Shown here: piece by piece, positions 19,032 through 29,473 of the stretch | Position numbering within the stretch: position 1 is the first letter of the stretch | Layout: every line of letters begins with the position of its first letter | Source: Minisyncoccota bacterium | GTDB taxonomy: Bacteria > Patescibacteriota > Minisyncoccia > Phycocordibacterales > DSPV01 | Direction: 5' to 3' | Assembly (NCBI GenBank): GCA_041662545.1 | Contig: JBAZSH010000003.1 | Coordinates: 1,250 to 65,249, forward strand | Length of the DNA stretch: 64,000 nucleotides | Position numbers and translations under genes: made by a program | The notes under the pieces: generated by a model | Told to the model about the DNA's origin: nothing | The model's database searches: none | The model's input: only the letters and a program-made list of their open reading frames with translations

Positions 19032-20036
19032 ATGAAAAAACACAAAAAGGCTTTAATTACAGGGATTACTGGCCAAGATGGTTCATATTTGGCTGAATTT
19101 TTGCTTAAGAAAGGTTATGAAGTGCATGGTATTGTCCGGCGTTCTTCCAGTTTTCACACTGAAAGAATTGGCCACATTCATCCCCAAACGCAAGCTCGTG
19201 AGCACCTATTTCTCCATTATGGTGATTTGACTGACACCTCAAATTTGGCTCGATTGATAGAGAGAATTGTTCCCGATGAAATTTACAATCTCGGTGCTCA
19301 AAGTCATGTTCGTATTAGTTTTGATGTGCCTCTTTATACTGCTGATGTGGTTGGTCTCGGCACTCTTCGGCTTTTGGAAGCAATTCGTGAGTCACGGGTT
19401 AAAACCAAATTTTATCAAGCATCTTCTTCCGAAATGTTTGGCAAGGTGAAAGAAAAGCCACAAAAAGAAACAACGCCATTTTATCCGAGAAGCCCCTACG
19501 GCGTCGCTAAAGTTTTTGCCTATTGGATTACTAGAAATTACCGTGAGGCCTACGGGATTTTTGCTTGCAATGGAATTCTTTTTAATCATGAATCACCACG
19601 ACGCGGTGAAAACTTTGTGACCAGAAAAATCGCCATTAGCGTTGCTGAAATTTTAGCGGGGAAAAGAGACAAAATATATCTTGGCAATCTTGATGCTTGT
19701 CGCGATTGGGGTTATGCGCCGGAATATGTGGAAGCGATGTGGTTAATGCTTCAACAACCAAAACCTGATGATTATGTTTTGGCCACTGGCGAGACCCACA
19801 CTATTGGTGAGTTTGTGAAGGAGGCATTCCGTTTGGCTGGCATTAAGGACTGGAAGAAATATATCGCCATTGATAAACGATATTTTCGGCCGACGGAAGT
19901 GGATTATTTGGTTGGTGACGCTTCCAAAGCTCGTAAAAAACTTGGTTGGCGGCCGAAAACCACTTTCAAAAAGCTGGTAAAAATTATGTTGGAGTCGGAG
20001 TGTAAAAAATTGGGCGTAAGTTTGCCGAAGAAATGA
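19032..20036 (+). CDS. gmd: GDP-mannose 4,6-dehydratase
   Basis: [36 protein letters not shown]-terminus, YxxxK SDR motifs; start trimmed to ATG 19032 after upstream stop. Confidence 0.85.
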   Translation: MKKHKKALITGITGQDGSYLAEFLLKKGYEVHGIVRRSSSFHTERIGHIHPQTQAREHLFLHYGDLTDTSNLARLIERIVPDEIYNLGAQSHVRISFDVPLYTADVVGLGTLRLLEAIRESRVKTKFYQASSSEMFGKVKEKPQKETTPFYPRSPYGVAKVFAYWITRNYREAYGIFACNGILFNHESPRRGENFVTRKIAISVAEILAGKRDKIYLGNLDACRDWGYAPEYVEAMWLMLQQPKPDDYVLATGETHTIGEFVKEAFRLAGIKDWKKYIAIDKRYFRPTEVDYLVGDASKARKKLGWRPKTTFKKLVKIMLESECKKLGVSLPKK

Positions 20037-21196
20037 TTAAACTTGTTAAATCAACTTTTTACGATGAAAAAAATACCAAAAAGAAATTGGTTGATTTTAT
20101 CTTGCGGACCGATATTTTGAGTATGGGCGAAGAGACACGGAAATTTGAAAAAAACTTTGCCAAGAAACAAGGTAAAAAACACGCTGTTTTTGTGAATAGT
20201 GGCAGTACCGCCAACTTGGTTTTGCTTCAAGCCCTTTTGAATCTTGGTCGGTTAAAAGCAGGAGCTCGAGTTGGTATTTCGGCAGTTACTTGGTCTACCA
20301 ATGTGATGCCAATTATTCAATTGGGTCTTCGGCCAATTGCCATTGATTGTGAATTGGAAACGCTCAATGTATCGCCGCGGACTTTGAAAAAACATCTCGG
20401 GAAACTTGACGCACTTTTTCTTACTAATGTTCTTGGGTTGGCTGATGACATTGGCGTGATAGAAAAACTTTGTAAAAAACACAACATCCTTTTTCTAGAG
20501 GACAATTGTGAGTCGCTCGGTTCTAAGACCGCCGGCAAATTGTTAGGTAATTTTGGTTTGGCTGCCACTTTTTCTTTTTTCGTTGGCCACCATCTTTCTA
20601 CTATTGAGGGTGGAATGATTGTAACCGATGATGAAGAGCTGTATCACCAATTAATGATGGTTCGGGCGCATGGTTGGAGTCGGAATCTGCCGATTAGTCA
20701 AAGGGTGAATTTGAAAAAGAAACACCAGGTGGAAGATTTTTTTGATTGGTACACTTTTTATGATTTAGCCTACAATGTTCGACCGACCGACATTCATGGT
20801 TTTGTTGGTAATGTCCAATTGCCATATTTGGACCAAATAGTTCGTCGGCGGGAGAAAAATTTTTACGCCCTGAAACCGGTTTTGGATAAAAACCCATACA
20901 TTTTAGATTTGCGCGTTAAACATATGAATATTTTTTCTAACTTTGCCGTACCGCTGATTTTTAAAAATCGCGAAATGTTTGAGAAGTATCGATTGGCTTT
21001 TGAAAAGGCCGGAGTGGAAATTCGGCCGATTATTGCTGGCAATATGTTACGCCAGCCGTTCTACAAAAAGTATGTTAAGAATAGGGAAGATTGTCCTAAT
21101 GCCGATTATATTCACAACCACGGTTTCTATTTCGGCAACAATCCGGAACTGACCTCCGGTGAAATTACTTTGCTCAAAAAGCTGCTAGTGGGGTAG
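20033..21196 (+). CDS. DegT/DnrJ/EryC1-family PLP enzyme of ColD type (putative GDP-4-keto-6-deoxy-D-mannose 3-dehydratase)
   Basis: [11 protein letters not shown]...[15 protein letters not shown]: His-His where aminotransferases of this fold carry the PLP lysine (SFxxxK), as in ColD; directly downstream of gmd with ATGA overlap. Confidence 0.55.
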   Translation: MIKLVKSTFYDEKNTKKKLVDFILRTDILSMGEETRKFEKNFAKKQGKKHAVFVNSGSTANLVLLQALLNLGRLKAGARVGISAVTWSTNVMPIIQLGLRPIAIDCELETLNVSPRTLKKHLGKLDALFLTNVLGLADDIGVIEKLCKKHNILFLEDNCESLGSKTAGKLLGNFGLAATFSFFVGHHLSTIEGGMIVTDDEELYHQLMMVRAHGWSRNLPISQRVNLKKKHQVEDFFDWYTFYDLAYNVRPTDIHGFVGNVQLPYLDQIVRRREKNFYALKPVLDKNPYILDLRVKHMNIFSNFAVPLIFKNREMFEKYRLAFEKAGVEIRPIIAGNMLRQPFYKKYVKNREDCPNADYIHNHGFYFGNNPELTSGEITLLKKLLVG

Positions 21197-21199
21197 AAT

Positions 21200-21625
21200 A
21201 TGGGGATGAATTTAATTAAACGGTTTATCGTGCCTCGTTATTTAATTGGCGGCGCCTGCGGCGCCGCCACCAATGTTTTTTTTCTTTTTCTACTCGTTGA
21301 TGTTTTCGGTGTTTGGTATCTTCAGGCAGCGGTTTGGTCTTTTTTAATTTCTTGGCTAGTGAGTTTTTTGCTACAGAAGTATTGGACTTTTCAGAATTAT
21401 TCAACCGAAAATGGCGTGTTACAAAAACAGGCAACACTCTTTTTTGCTGTTTCCTTTTTAAATTTAGGAATTAATACTCTCTTGATGTATATCTTTGTGG
21501 ACTTTTTCCAGCTGTGGTATTTATTGGCTCAGGTGTTTTCCTCGGCATTAATCGCTATCAGCAGTTTCTTTATCTACAAACATTTTGTATTTAAAGAGAA
21601 AACTATTGCCCCCCAATCTCTATGA
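21200..21625 (+). CDS. GtrA-family small membrane protein (polyprenyl-phosphate-sugar flippase-like)
   Basis: 141 aa, 4 TM, FIVPRYLIGGACGAATNVFFLFLLVDVFGVWYLQA GtrA-like N-terminus. Confidence 0.6.
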   Translation: MGMNLIKRFIVPRYLIGGACGAATNVFFLFLLVDVFGVWYLQAAVWSFLISWLVSFLLQKYWTFQNYSTENGVLQKQATLFFAVSFLNLGINTLLMYIFVDFFQLWYLLAQVFSSALIAISSFFIYKHFVFKEKTIAPQSL

Positions 21626-23093
21626 TATATTCTTTTTGGTCGTAAATGCCGAGTAGATAATAATTTTTAACTTTGAAGTAGTGGAAGTTGCCAAGTAATA
21701 AAATTATAGCGGCAACGCAGATTATTGGGTAAAACCAACGCAATAGTTTTTCTCGTTCTCCTAGCATTTTCTCCGTCAACATTGCCAGCAATGGCGGTAG
21801 AAGAATCAAAGCTGGCAAAAGGAAACGAGTTTGATGAGAAGTAAAAAATAACACTAGTAAATAAGTTTCAAGGGTTAAAAATAAGATGATTTCTGTCGGT
21901 GAAAATTTTCGTCGGAAAATTATCGCCGAAGCAATTAATCCATAGAGAGCAATAAGATAACCTAGAATTACCAAATCACTGGACGATTGATTTTCTTGGG
22001 TGAACCATTGACCAAATTTGTAAACCGGAAAGATAAAGGCATTCGGCAAGGTTCGATCAATAACCATAAACATTCCCACCGCTTCGGTGAATTGTTGATT
22101 TTCCAGCATCGGATAAACTGGATTACCAAAGACAACAGTGTTTTTTACATACCACGGGCTCATTACCGCGCCAGCGACCAGTAGATAAATAATTAACTCT
22201 TTACGCCACGCCCAAAGAAGAATAATGCTTTCTATGCCAACAAAAAACAATGAAGTGTATTTGATGCTGGCGGCAAAACCGGCCAGTAGAGCAGCAAAAA
22301 TAATTTGTCGGCGGTTGAATTTTCCGCCGAAGACATTGTTAATTACCAAAAACAAACTGCCGATGGAGAAAATAAAACCAAGGACATCAATATAACCGCC
22401 GTGAAGCACCTCTCGTTCTAATGGCATTATGGCTAGTAGGGCAATCGCGGTTGCGGCTGGTAGCCAGTTTATTTGCGTTCGGCGTTTAACAAAAGCAAAG
22501 GTAATCGCCGCGAATAAAATTAAAACATTGAATTGGATAATTTGAAAAACATACGGCGCGTTGGTCTCGCCGAAAGCAACCGTGGGTAGGGCGTAAATAA
22601 TTTCTCCCAAGACTGGTAAATAAGCGTAGGGGCTGATTTCTTGATTAAAGGTTAGTTGTTTGGAAGAAATAATGTCCTGGATTATTGGCAAATGATAATC
22701 TAGCGTGTCGTGGCCGGTGAGAGGTACGAAAACGATTAACAAATTAGCTGTAAGCCAAATAACGATAATAATTTTCAAAAAAGTCGCGCTAGCGAAAATC
22801 TTTTTTATTTCTATGTTTTTAATTGCCGCGATATCAGCGGCGATTGTTTTTGAAGCCAACAAAGCAAGGACAATGAATACAGACCAAATTGCCGGCGCGG
22901 TAAAAATACCGAAGGTCGCCAAGACTAAACCAATAACACCCATTGTTCCCAAGCCAGCAATAATTGAATAGGCAGTTCGCTCTGTGGTTGTTTCGAGATT
23001 TGTTTTAAGAAATTTGAAAATAATCCCACCAATTAAACGGCAGAGGTAAATAAAAATTAGTGCTTCCAGAAAAATTTGAAAACTGTGAATCAT
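21603..23093 (-). CDS. Polytopic membrane glycosyltransferase, GT-C fold (ArnT/PMT/GtrC-like)
   Basis: 496 aa, >=11 TM helices, Asp/His-containing first periplasmic loop ([11 protein letters not shown]); context next to GT2 and GtrA. Confidence 0.4.
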   Translation of the reverse strand: MIHSFQIFLEALIFIYLCRLIGGIIFKFLKTNLETTTERTAYSIIAGLGTMGVIGLVLATFGIFTAPAIWSVFIVLALLASKTIAADIAAIKNIEIKKIFASATFLKIIIVIWLTANLLIVFVPLTGHDTLDYHLPIIQDIISSKQLTFNQEISPYAYLPVLGEIIYALPTVAFGETNAPYVFQIIQFNVLILFAAITFAFVKRRTQINWLPAATAIALLAIMPLEREVLHGGYIDVLGFIFSIGSLFLVINNVFGGKFNRRQIIFAALLAGFAASIKYTSLFFVGIESIILLWAWRKELIIYLLVAGAVMSPWYVKNTVVFGNPVYPMLENQQFTEAVGMFMVIDRTLPNAFIFPVYKFGQWFTQENQSSSDLVILGYLIALYGLIASAIIFRRKFSPTEIILFLTLETYLLVLFFTSHQTRFLLPALILLPPLLAMLTEKMLGEREKLLRWFYPIICVAAIILLLGNFHYFKVKNYYLLGIYDQKEYIIEIGGQ

Positions 23094-24490
23094 TTTATTA
23101 TTTTCTTAGCAATGACGACGGTAGATAGGCCAGACATTGGTAGAATATAATCTAGTAAGCGGAAAATTGGTGTTAGAATATTATAAATTTTTAACTGACG
23201 GGAAGTAATTGAGCGTTGACCCAAAAGTTTGTTGCCGAGCCACCAAGCAATTACACCAACTTTGTTAAAATAGAATTGTTTTTCTACGACGAAAACAGCT
23301 TCAGTCATCTTTTTTTCCAATTCGCCCTTGCTATAACGACGATAGTGGCCAATGCGGCGGTCAAAATCACTGAATAATTTTTGATTATAAGGAACGAGAA
23401 AAATCAGTCGGCAATTATTTGGCAGAATTTCTTTGAGCCAGTTCAATACTTCCAAATCGTTTTTGATATGCTCTAACACATTAAGACAAACAACGCTGTC
23501 TGGTTGAAATTTCGCTAAAACAACATAATCTTCTTTTATTGTTAGATCTAATTTGCCGACGGTTAAATTGGTTGAGTCAAAACGTTCTCGTAATTTTTCT
23601 AGATAATCATCTCGATAATCAGTGAGCAAAAGTTTGCGATTATCGGTGGCAAACCAACGACTCATATTGCCGTGCCCCGAACCTAATTCGGCCAAACATT
23701 TACCAAGGTAGGGTTTGACGGCGCTATACATCCAACGATTAAAACGAGGCGCTTGTTCCATAGCATCCAGAGCTACTTTGCCGGCATCGGCGTAATTGGA
23801 ACTGAAACGATATTTAATGATAAACCAAATTGCCGCCAAGCCATCGCGCCAGCCGATTTTTTTACCCTCATCATAAGTGCGTCCTCTATAATTAATTGGT
23901 ACTTCAAAAAGTCGAAGGCGACTCAGTGCCACCTTAGCGGTGATTTCTGGTTCAATGCCGAAACGATTTGATTCCAACGGAATAGCCTTTAGACAATCTG
24001 TCCTGAAAGCCTTGTAACAAGTTTCCATATCGGTAAGGTTGATATTGTTTAGCATATTGGAGAAAAGCGTTAGCAGTTTATTGCCAATCTCGTGCCAAAA
24101 ATAAAGCACTCGGCGTTCTTCACCACGGAAGCGCGAGCCGTAGACAACATCTGCTTGACCCCCCAAAATTGGCCGAAGTATTTTTTTGTAATCGTTCGGG
24201 TCGTATTCCAAGTCGGCGTCTTGAAAAATCACGATGTCACCGGTGACTTCGGCAATGCCACGACGAAGCGCAGCGCCCTTGCCTTGATTTTTCGGTTGGT
24301 AAAAAATCTTGTATTTACCAGCTGATTCCAGTTTTTTTAAAATTTTCCCCGTGCCATCGGTGGAGCAATCATCAACGATAACAATTTCTTTTTTGATTTC
24401 GCCGATGTCGCTTTTTTCCACCGCCTCAAGAATTTTTAAAATGGTCGCTTTTTCATTGAAGACCGGAATAATAATAGAGAGGATTTTCAT
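23090..24490 (-). CDS. Fusion protein: GT2 polyprenyl-phosphate glycosyltransferase (GtrB/DPM-synthase-like) + class I SAM methyltransferase domain
   Basis: N-term [11 protein letters not shown]...VDDCSTDGT...DADLEYDP (GT2 DxD); C-term [14 protein letters not shown]xGxG SAM motif and LNVLEHI. Confidence 0.6.
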   Translation of the reverse strand: MKILSIIIPVFNEKATILKILEAVEKSDIGEIKKEIVIVDDCSTDGTGKILKKLESAGKYKIFYQPKNQGKGAALRRGIAEVTGDIVIFQDADLEYDPNDYKKILRPILGGQADVVYGSRFRGEERRVLYFWHEIGNKLLTLFSNMLNNINLTDMETCYKAFRTDCLKAIPLESNRFGIEPEITAKVALSRLRLFEVPINYRGRTYDEGKKIGWRDGLAAIWFIIKYRFSSNYADAGKVALDAMEQAPRFNRWMYSAVKPYLGKCLAELGSGHGNMSRWFATDNRKLLLTDYRDDYLEKLRERFDSTNLTVGKLDLTIKEDYVVLAKFQPDSVVCLNVLEHIKNDLEVLNWLKEILPNNCRLIFLVPYNQKLFSDFDRRIGHYRRYSKGELEKKMTEAVFVVEKQFYFNKVGVIAWWLGNKLLGQRSITSRQLKIYNILTPIFRLLDYILPMSGLSTVVIAKKIIK

Positions 24491-24521
24491 GATTTTTGTG
24501 AATATTCATCATAAAACAAAT

Positions 24522-24551
24522 AACAAAAAAGGCAACCTTGGGGGTTGCCTT
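24522..24551 (-). terminator. Rho-independent terminator candidate for minus-strand NUDIX gene
   Basis: On minus strand: stem CAAAGGCAACC / GGTTGCCTTT with loop CCCAA followed by TTTTTGTTATTTG. Confidence 0.45.
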
Positions 24552-24568
24552 TGAAATCTTCCGTCATA

Positions 24569-25129
24569 CTACCCTAGAAGAAGAGGATGCCTTATGGCTA
24601 AGGAGGTGATCCACCCAATGTAGGGGTGAAATTTTCCCTCCAGTGTCATAATTCCAGCTTTGTCGAAAGGAATGACACACCAGTCTTCAGGTCTGAATTC
24701 TTGCGGGTCAAATTTCAACTTGCCAACTTCTTCGTTGGACAGCTTAAGAAGATGGACATAAACATCTTGATGAGTGCCGGCATCTTGGGGTTTTTGTTGA
24801 CGGCTGTTCCAGCGACAGTCGGCAATGCCCATAAGAGTAAATCGTTCCAGAGATACTTCCAGTCCGGTTTCCCTTTTGAAACACCGTGCCGCCGCTTCAG
24901 ATTTAGTTTCTCCCATTTCGCGCCGTCCACCGGTAACCCACCATTGTCCAGTGGCCGGTTTCGCTTTTCGCTTGACGAGTAAAAAACCAACATCCGTGAC
25001 TATCAAGGTGTCGCAACACCCGAAAGAGATGGTTGAGAGCATTTGCGAATACTGTCCGTCGGTTAAGAATTCAGGGGTGGGTTTTTCAAATCCCGGGTCG
25101 GTATATTCAAAGTGCGCGATTGTTTGCAC
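24569..25129 (-). CDS. NUDIX hydrolase (possibly GDP-sugar hydrolase)
   Basis: Nudix box GGRREMGETKSEAAARCFKRETGLE (Gx5Ex7REUxEExGU). Confidence 0.65.
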   Translation of the reverse strand: MQTIAHFEYTDPGFEKPTPEFLTDGQYSQMLSTISFGCCDTLIVTDVGFLLVKRKAKPATGQWWVTGGRREMGETKSEAAARCFKRETGLEVSLERFTLMGIADCRWNSRQQKPQDAGTHQDVYVHLLKLSNEEVGKLKFDPQEFRPEDWCVIPFDKAGIMTLEGKFHPYIGWITSLAIRHPLLLG

Positions 25130-25235
25130 GAGTAATCCTTTCTTTTGTTGTTGAAAACTTCTACCAATATCTTAGCACATCATTATTTTTATGTCAAGGT
25201 TAGCAATTGTTTTCATTTTAAGCGATGATAGAAGG

Positions 25236-26117
25236 ATGAAAATTTTGGTGACTGGGGCAGAGGGATTGTTGGGCAAAGAAATTGTCGCGATGAAGCGAGA
25301 CGGTTTTGAAGTCGTTGGTACGGATCACTCGGAACTGGATGTGACTGATTTGGCAAGTATCAAAAAGGCTTTTTTGAAAGAACAGCCGGAAGTAGTGGTG
25401 AATTGCGCTGTAATTCTAAATGTGGATCTTTGTCAAGAAAATCCCAACCTTTGTTTTGGGGTGAATCGGGACGGAGTATCAAATATTTTGGAAGTGATAA
25501 AAGAATTGGGCAAGCCAGTGATTTTTTTTCAAATTAGCTCCTCGGAAGTTTTTGGCAGGGTGAAAGAAGGCGAGTATCAAATAAACGGTTACACCGAGGC
25601 AGACGCTCCTTTGCCGGTTTCAAATTATCAGAAATCCAAAACGGAGGCGGAAAAAATTGTTACTGATTTTGCGCGGCAAAATCCGGAGATTTTGCCGCGC
25701 TTCTACATTTTGCGGGCGGCTTGGCTTTACGGAAAAGGGCGGCGGACTTTCGTGGAAAATTTTTTGGCGGATTTACAACAGCCGAAAGAATTATCGGTGA
25801 TTGCCGACCAATGGCGCTCGCCGACTTGGGCGAAGCATTTTGTGGATCAACTGTTTTTGCTTTTAGAAAAAAATTATCCAAATGGAACTTACCATGGCGT
25901 CGCTGAAGTTTTATCAGGCGAAGCCACCACACCCCAAGTTATTGAAGAAATTTCAAAATTTTTAGGGCCGAATAAAGTTAAGGCGATAATTAAAAAAGTT
26001 AAGCGCGACGACTTTTTCAAAGTTCCTCGTGCTCCATCCAATGTTTTGAAAAATACTAAATTACCGAAGCTACCGTATTGGCGAGAAACACTAAGAGAAT
26101 TTCTTCATTATCTCTAA
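25236..26117 (+). CDS. NAD(P)-dependent sugar epimerase/reductase, RmlD-like (dTDP-4-dehydrorhamnose reductase family)
   Basis: MKILVTGAEGLLGKEIV Rossmann start, DHSELDVTDLASIKKAF...VVVNCAV pattern of RmlD-type 4-reductases. Confidence 0.55.
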   Translation: MKILVTGAEGLLGKEIVAMKRDGFEVVGTDHSELDVTDLASIKKAFLKEQPEVVVNCAVILNVDLCQENPNLCFGVNRDGVSNILEVIKELGKPVIFFQISSSEVFGRVKEGEYQINGYTEADAPLPVSNYQKSKTEAEKIVTDFARQNPEILPRFYILRAAWLYGKGRRTFVENFLADLQQPKELSVIADQWRSPTWAKHFVDQLFLLLEKNYPNGTYHGVAEVLSGEATTPQVIEEISKFLGPNKVKAIIKKVKRDDFFKVPRAPSNVLKNTKLPKLPYWRETLREFLHYL

Positions 26118-27314
26118 AATCCCATCGGCATATTTTTGCCAAGAGAAATGACCGCGGACGAAAGCATTACTATTTTTTGCGATTTTGGCATAGAGAACAC
26201 TGTCGGTTAAAAGTAGAGAAATTTTTTCAGCAATGTCCTCTGGATTTTTAGGATTGATAAGTAGGGCATTTTCTTTGTCGGTCAATACCTCGTGACAGCC
26301 GGCTGTCTTAGAAACGATAAGCGGGCAACCACAGGCAGCCGCTTCAAACGGCGACAAGCCGTCGCTTTGTAAATGGTGCTGAAAAATATAAGTATCATTT
26401 TCGTGATAAGCAGCGATGAGTTCTTCGTCGGTCACTTTGCCTCTAAAAATAACTTGTTTTTCCAATCCTAGTTTTGAGACCAAATCACGGAGTCGGGAGT
26501 AATATTTTTTATCATTGTCGGTGTCGCCGATGATAGTTAAAGTTGGCTGGAAACCTCTGGCATTTAAAATTGACAGAGCTTTAATAGTGTCTTCAAAACG
26601 TCGATGGGGCATTAGGATGCCGCTGGTCAGAATTTTGATGGAATTTTTCGGCGGTGTTTTTTCTTTGAAATTGAAATATTCAAAGTCAGGTCCGCTGCGG
26701 ACGGTGAAGGCGTTTAGGTTCAAATATTTTTTTACTAACTCTTTGTTGAAATGGTCTACCACTACGATGGCGTCTTGTTTTTTAATGAAAGCATGTTTGT
26801 CATAAAAATCAAAAATCCAGTAGATGATATGTTTATACCAAGGTTGGTGGAAATTATCGTCACAGCCGTGAGCGCGATCAAAACCCCAACGCTTCAGTGG
26901 CAAATCATTCATATTCCAGACCGAGGGAATATTTTTTTTGAGTTTTTTATAATAAACGGCGACTTTGTAAGCCACTTGGTCGTGGGGATTTAAGGCGTCA
27001 AAATCATCGTCCATTATCATTGCCATTTTTTTTGCTTGTCGATTTTCATTCAACACTTCTGGAATACCGGTCTTTTCAAGGATAGGGTAATAAGGAGCTT
27101 TCTTGTTTTGTTCGCGATCTTCGCTTTTTAAAGTTTCTACTCGAAAATTTTTGAGTAGGTGAGGATAACAATTTTCTGGCGAATAATGGAGCGTATAAAT
27201 CACAACTTCATGACCGCGCCGGCGTAGTTCATTGGCAAGCGACAACCCTTGGCGTTGAGTGCCACCTTTAACATTGAGTTTTCTAAAAATCATTCCAATT
27301 TTCATGATATCCAT
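26091..27314 (-). CDS. Glycosyltransferase, GT4 family
   Basis: SPFEAAACGCPLIVSKTAGCHEVL GT4 C-domain motif. Confidence 0.6.
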   Translation of the reverse strand: MDIMKIGMIFRKLNVKGGTQRQGLSLANELRRRGHEVVIYTLHYSPENCYPHLLKNFRVETLKSEDREQNKKAPYYPILEKTGIPEVLNENRQAKKMAMIMDDDFDALNPHDQVAYKVAVYYKKLKKNIPSVWNMNDLPLKRWGFDRAHGCDDNFHQPWYKHIIYWIFDFYDKHAFIKKQDAIVVVDHFNKELVKKYLNLNAFTVRSGPDFEYFNFKEKTPPKNSIKILTSGILMPHRRFEDTIKALSILNARGFQPTLTIIGDTDNDKKYYSRLRDLVSKLGLEKQVIFRGKVTDEELIAAYHENDTYIFQHHLQSDGLSPFEAAACGCPLIVSKTAGCHEVLTDKENALLINPKNPEDIAEKISLLLTDSVLYAKIAKNSNAFVRGHFSWQKYADGILEIMKKFS

Positions 27315-27375
27315 TCTAGCGAGAATTCAAAATTTATCAAGGCGGTTAAAATGTGCTATTGTCTAGATTCTGGAG

Positions 27376-28083
27376 ATGAAGTATATCCAGTCGGAAAAAA
27401 TCAAAGAAGAAAAAATTGAAAGCCGGGCGATTGAAAAAATGGCGCCTTGGACTGTTTGTGATGGTAGTTTTGAAAAAATTCTGAATAATTACAAAACAAA
27501 AAATAATCAAGGTGCGATTTTAGATATTGGTGTTGGTAGCGGAGCAACCTTGAAACTCGCCGAACCATACTTTTCAAAACTTTATGGTGTGGATTTAGTT
27601 TCCTATTTGGCGTCGGAGATGAAGTCAAAGGTTGATTTTTCAACGGTAGATTTGAATTTTGAAAAATTACCATACGAGGATAACTTTTTTGAATTTATTA
27701 CTGCCTTTCAAGTAATCGAACATTTGGAGAATCCATTTTTTGTAATGCGTGAGTCGGCTAGAGTATTAAAGAAGGGAGGTTTTTTTGTTTTATCCGTGCC
27801 CAATCCTTACCATCTCTCATTCAAAATCAAATATTTGTTTACAAACAATATGCCGCCTTGGACGCGCGACAACAATCATTTACTTTTTTTGACCAAAGAT
27901 GTTTTTGCTAAGACCTATCTAGAGAATTTTGATTTACTGGAAACAATTTACCAAAGAGGAGCGATTCCTTTTTGGGGACGGTTGAGGATGATTTTTGGAA
28001 AGATTATCAAAAAACACGCTATGATTTTGCCGAGATGGGAAATTTTTGGGCGAAGAGTTTGTTATGTTTTGAAGAAAAAATAA
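27376..28083 (+). CDS. Class I SAM-dependent methyltransferase
   Basis: ILDIGVGSGATLKLAE motif I; paralog of 31673..32371 and 33099..33860 (shared C-terminal NNHLxxFxxxxF...YxLKKK tail). Confidence 0.6.
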   Translation: MKYIQSEKIKEEKIESRAIEKMAPWTVCDGSFEKILNNYKTKNNQGAILDIGVGSGATLKLAEPYFSKLYGVDLVSYLASEMKSKVDFSTVDLNFEKLPYEDNFFEFITAFQVIEHLENPFFVMRESARVLKKGGFFVLSVPNPYHLSFKIKYLFTNNMPPWTRDNNHLLFLTKDVFAKTYLENFDLLETIYQRGAIPFWGRLRMIFGKIIKKHAMILPRWEIFGRRVCYVLKKK

Positions 28084-28084
28084 A

Positions 28085-29473
28085 ATGGCTGCCGAAAAAA
28101 CAATTTTTATAAACCTATTTTCCATTTTAGCAATGGACAATTTTACGGTTCCAGATGGTGTGATTGAAGAGTTAATTCGGAACAAAGGCCAGGATGTTCG
28201 TTTGGTATTGCTAACGGGCAAAAAGCTTTTGTCGCGGTTGGCGTCCTATGCCGATGGCCAAACGATAATTGTTGAAGTTATCCAATCATTTCCGCCGAGG
28301 GGGTTTATCCAAAAGCTTTTTCATTTTTTCTACGCTTTTCTGATTTTTACTGGCAGTACCAAAGTGCTGGCGACTTTTGGCGCCCGGGCCGATATTCCAC
28401 CAGCCGGTGGCAATCGGCATATGTGGTTTTTCAAATCTTTAATTGCTGGGACTTTTGGTCAGTCGCTTTTTGTGAAGCGGCGTTTAACGCCATGGCTTTT
28501 TAAAATAATTTTTCGTGCTCGGCCCTATAGACAGCTTTTTGAAAGATATCAACCAGATTTAGTGATGGCGCCTGCCATTGCTTTTTTCCCGGATGTTGAA
28601 TTAGTTTCGGAAGCTCAGCGGCGAGGAGTAAAAACTATTGGAATGGCGATGAATTGGGACCATCTTAATAAATATTATATTCCCGTTCACGCCGACTGGC
28701 TTTTGGTTCAAAATGAGCAGATGCGTCGCGAGGCGATAAATTGGCACGCCTATTATTCGGAACAAATTGCTCTTGTTGGTTTCCCGCAATTTGATATGTA
28801 TGCTCATCCGGAAAAATATTTGATAGCCAAAGATCAGTTTAAAAAAGATTTTGGTTTGGAGGGAGTTGATAAAATAATTTTGTTTATTTCCGGCGCTGCT
28901 TATTCGCTGGATGAACCGGATGTTATCAGGGAAATTTCCAAATGGATTAGCGAAGGGAAATTTGGCTCCAAGACCAAACTTTTTGTTCGCCCTTACGCTA
29001 TTGCTCGGGATATAGAAAGGGAACACGAAAAATATAAATCTTTGGAAGACGACCCGAACATAGTTTTTAATTGGCAAAAGAGAAGCGATTCTTTGGAAAG
29101 CAAGAAAAATTTTATGAGTATGCTGGCCTATTCCAATGTGATTATTTCAATTTTTTCCACCACCGCCATCGAGTCGGCGATTTTTGATAAGCCGACTATT
29201 ACCGTTGGTTTTGATGGTTACAAAAAACGACCCTATTATCAGTCAATTGTTCGGCTGGAAGACATGTCTCATTTCCGAAATGTTTTGGAAACAGGGAGTG
29301 TAAAAGTGGTTCGCAGTTTTCTCGATCTGGAAAAATCTTTGGTTCTTTATTTAGAGAATCCGGCGATTGATATGATGGCGAGGAAAGTTCTGGTGGCCAA
29401 GATGTGTTATAAAAATGACGGGGGTGCTTCCAAGAGAATTACCGATTTTATTTTATCCAAAATCAATGCTTAA
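28085..29473 (+). CDS. TagF/CDP-glycerol glycerophosphotransferase-like GT-B protein (paralog 1 of 4)
   Basis: Shares family-specific blocks with 33868, 41166, 42476 ORFs: DLVMAPAIAFFPDVELVSEAQRRGVKTIGMAMNWDHL, ILF-type (I/V)L(Y/F)AP motif, C-terminal STTAIESAIFDKPTITVGF. Confidence 0.4.
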   Translation: MAAEKTIFINLFSILAMDNFTVPDGVIEELIRNKGQDVRLVLLTGKKLLSRLASYADGQTIIVEVIQSFPPRGFIQKLFHFFYAFLIFTGSTKVLATFGARADIPPAGGNRHMWFFKSLIAGTFGQSLFVKRRLTPWLFKIIFRARPYRQLFERYQPDLVMAPAIAFFPDVELVSEAQRRGVKTIGMAMNWDHLNKYYIPVHADWLLVQNEQMRREAINWHAYYSEQIALVGFPQFDMYAHPEKYLIAKDQFKKDFGLEGVDKIILFISGAAYSLDEPDVIREISKWISEGKFGSKTKLFVRPYAIARDIEREHEKYKSLEDDPNIVFNWQKRSDSLESKKNFMSMLAYSNVIISIFSTTAIESAIFDKPTITVGFDGYKKRPYYQSIVRLEDMSHFRNVLETGSVKVVRSFLDLEKSLVLYLENPAIDMMARKVLVAKMCYKNDGGASKRITDFILSKINA

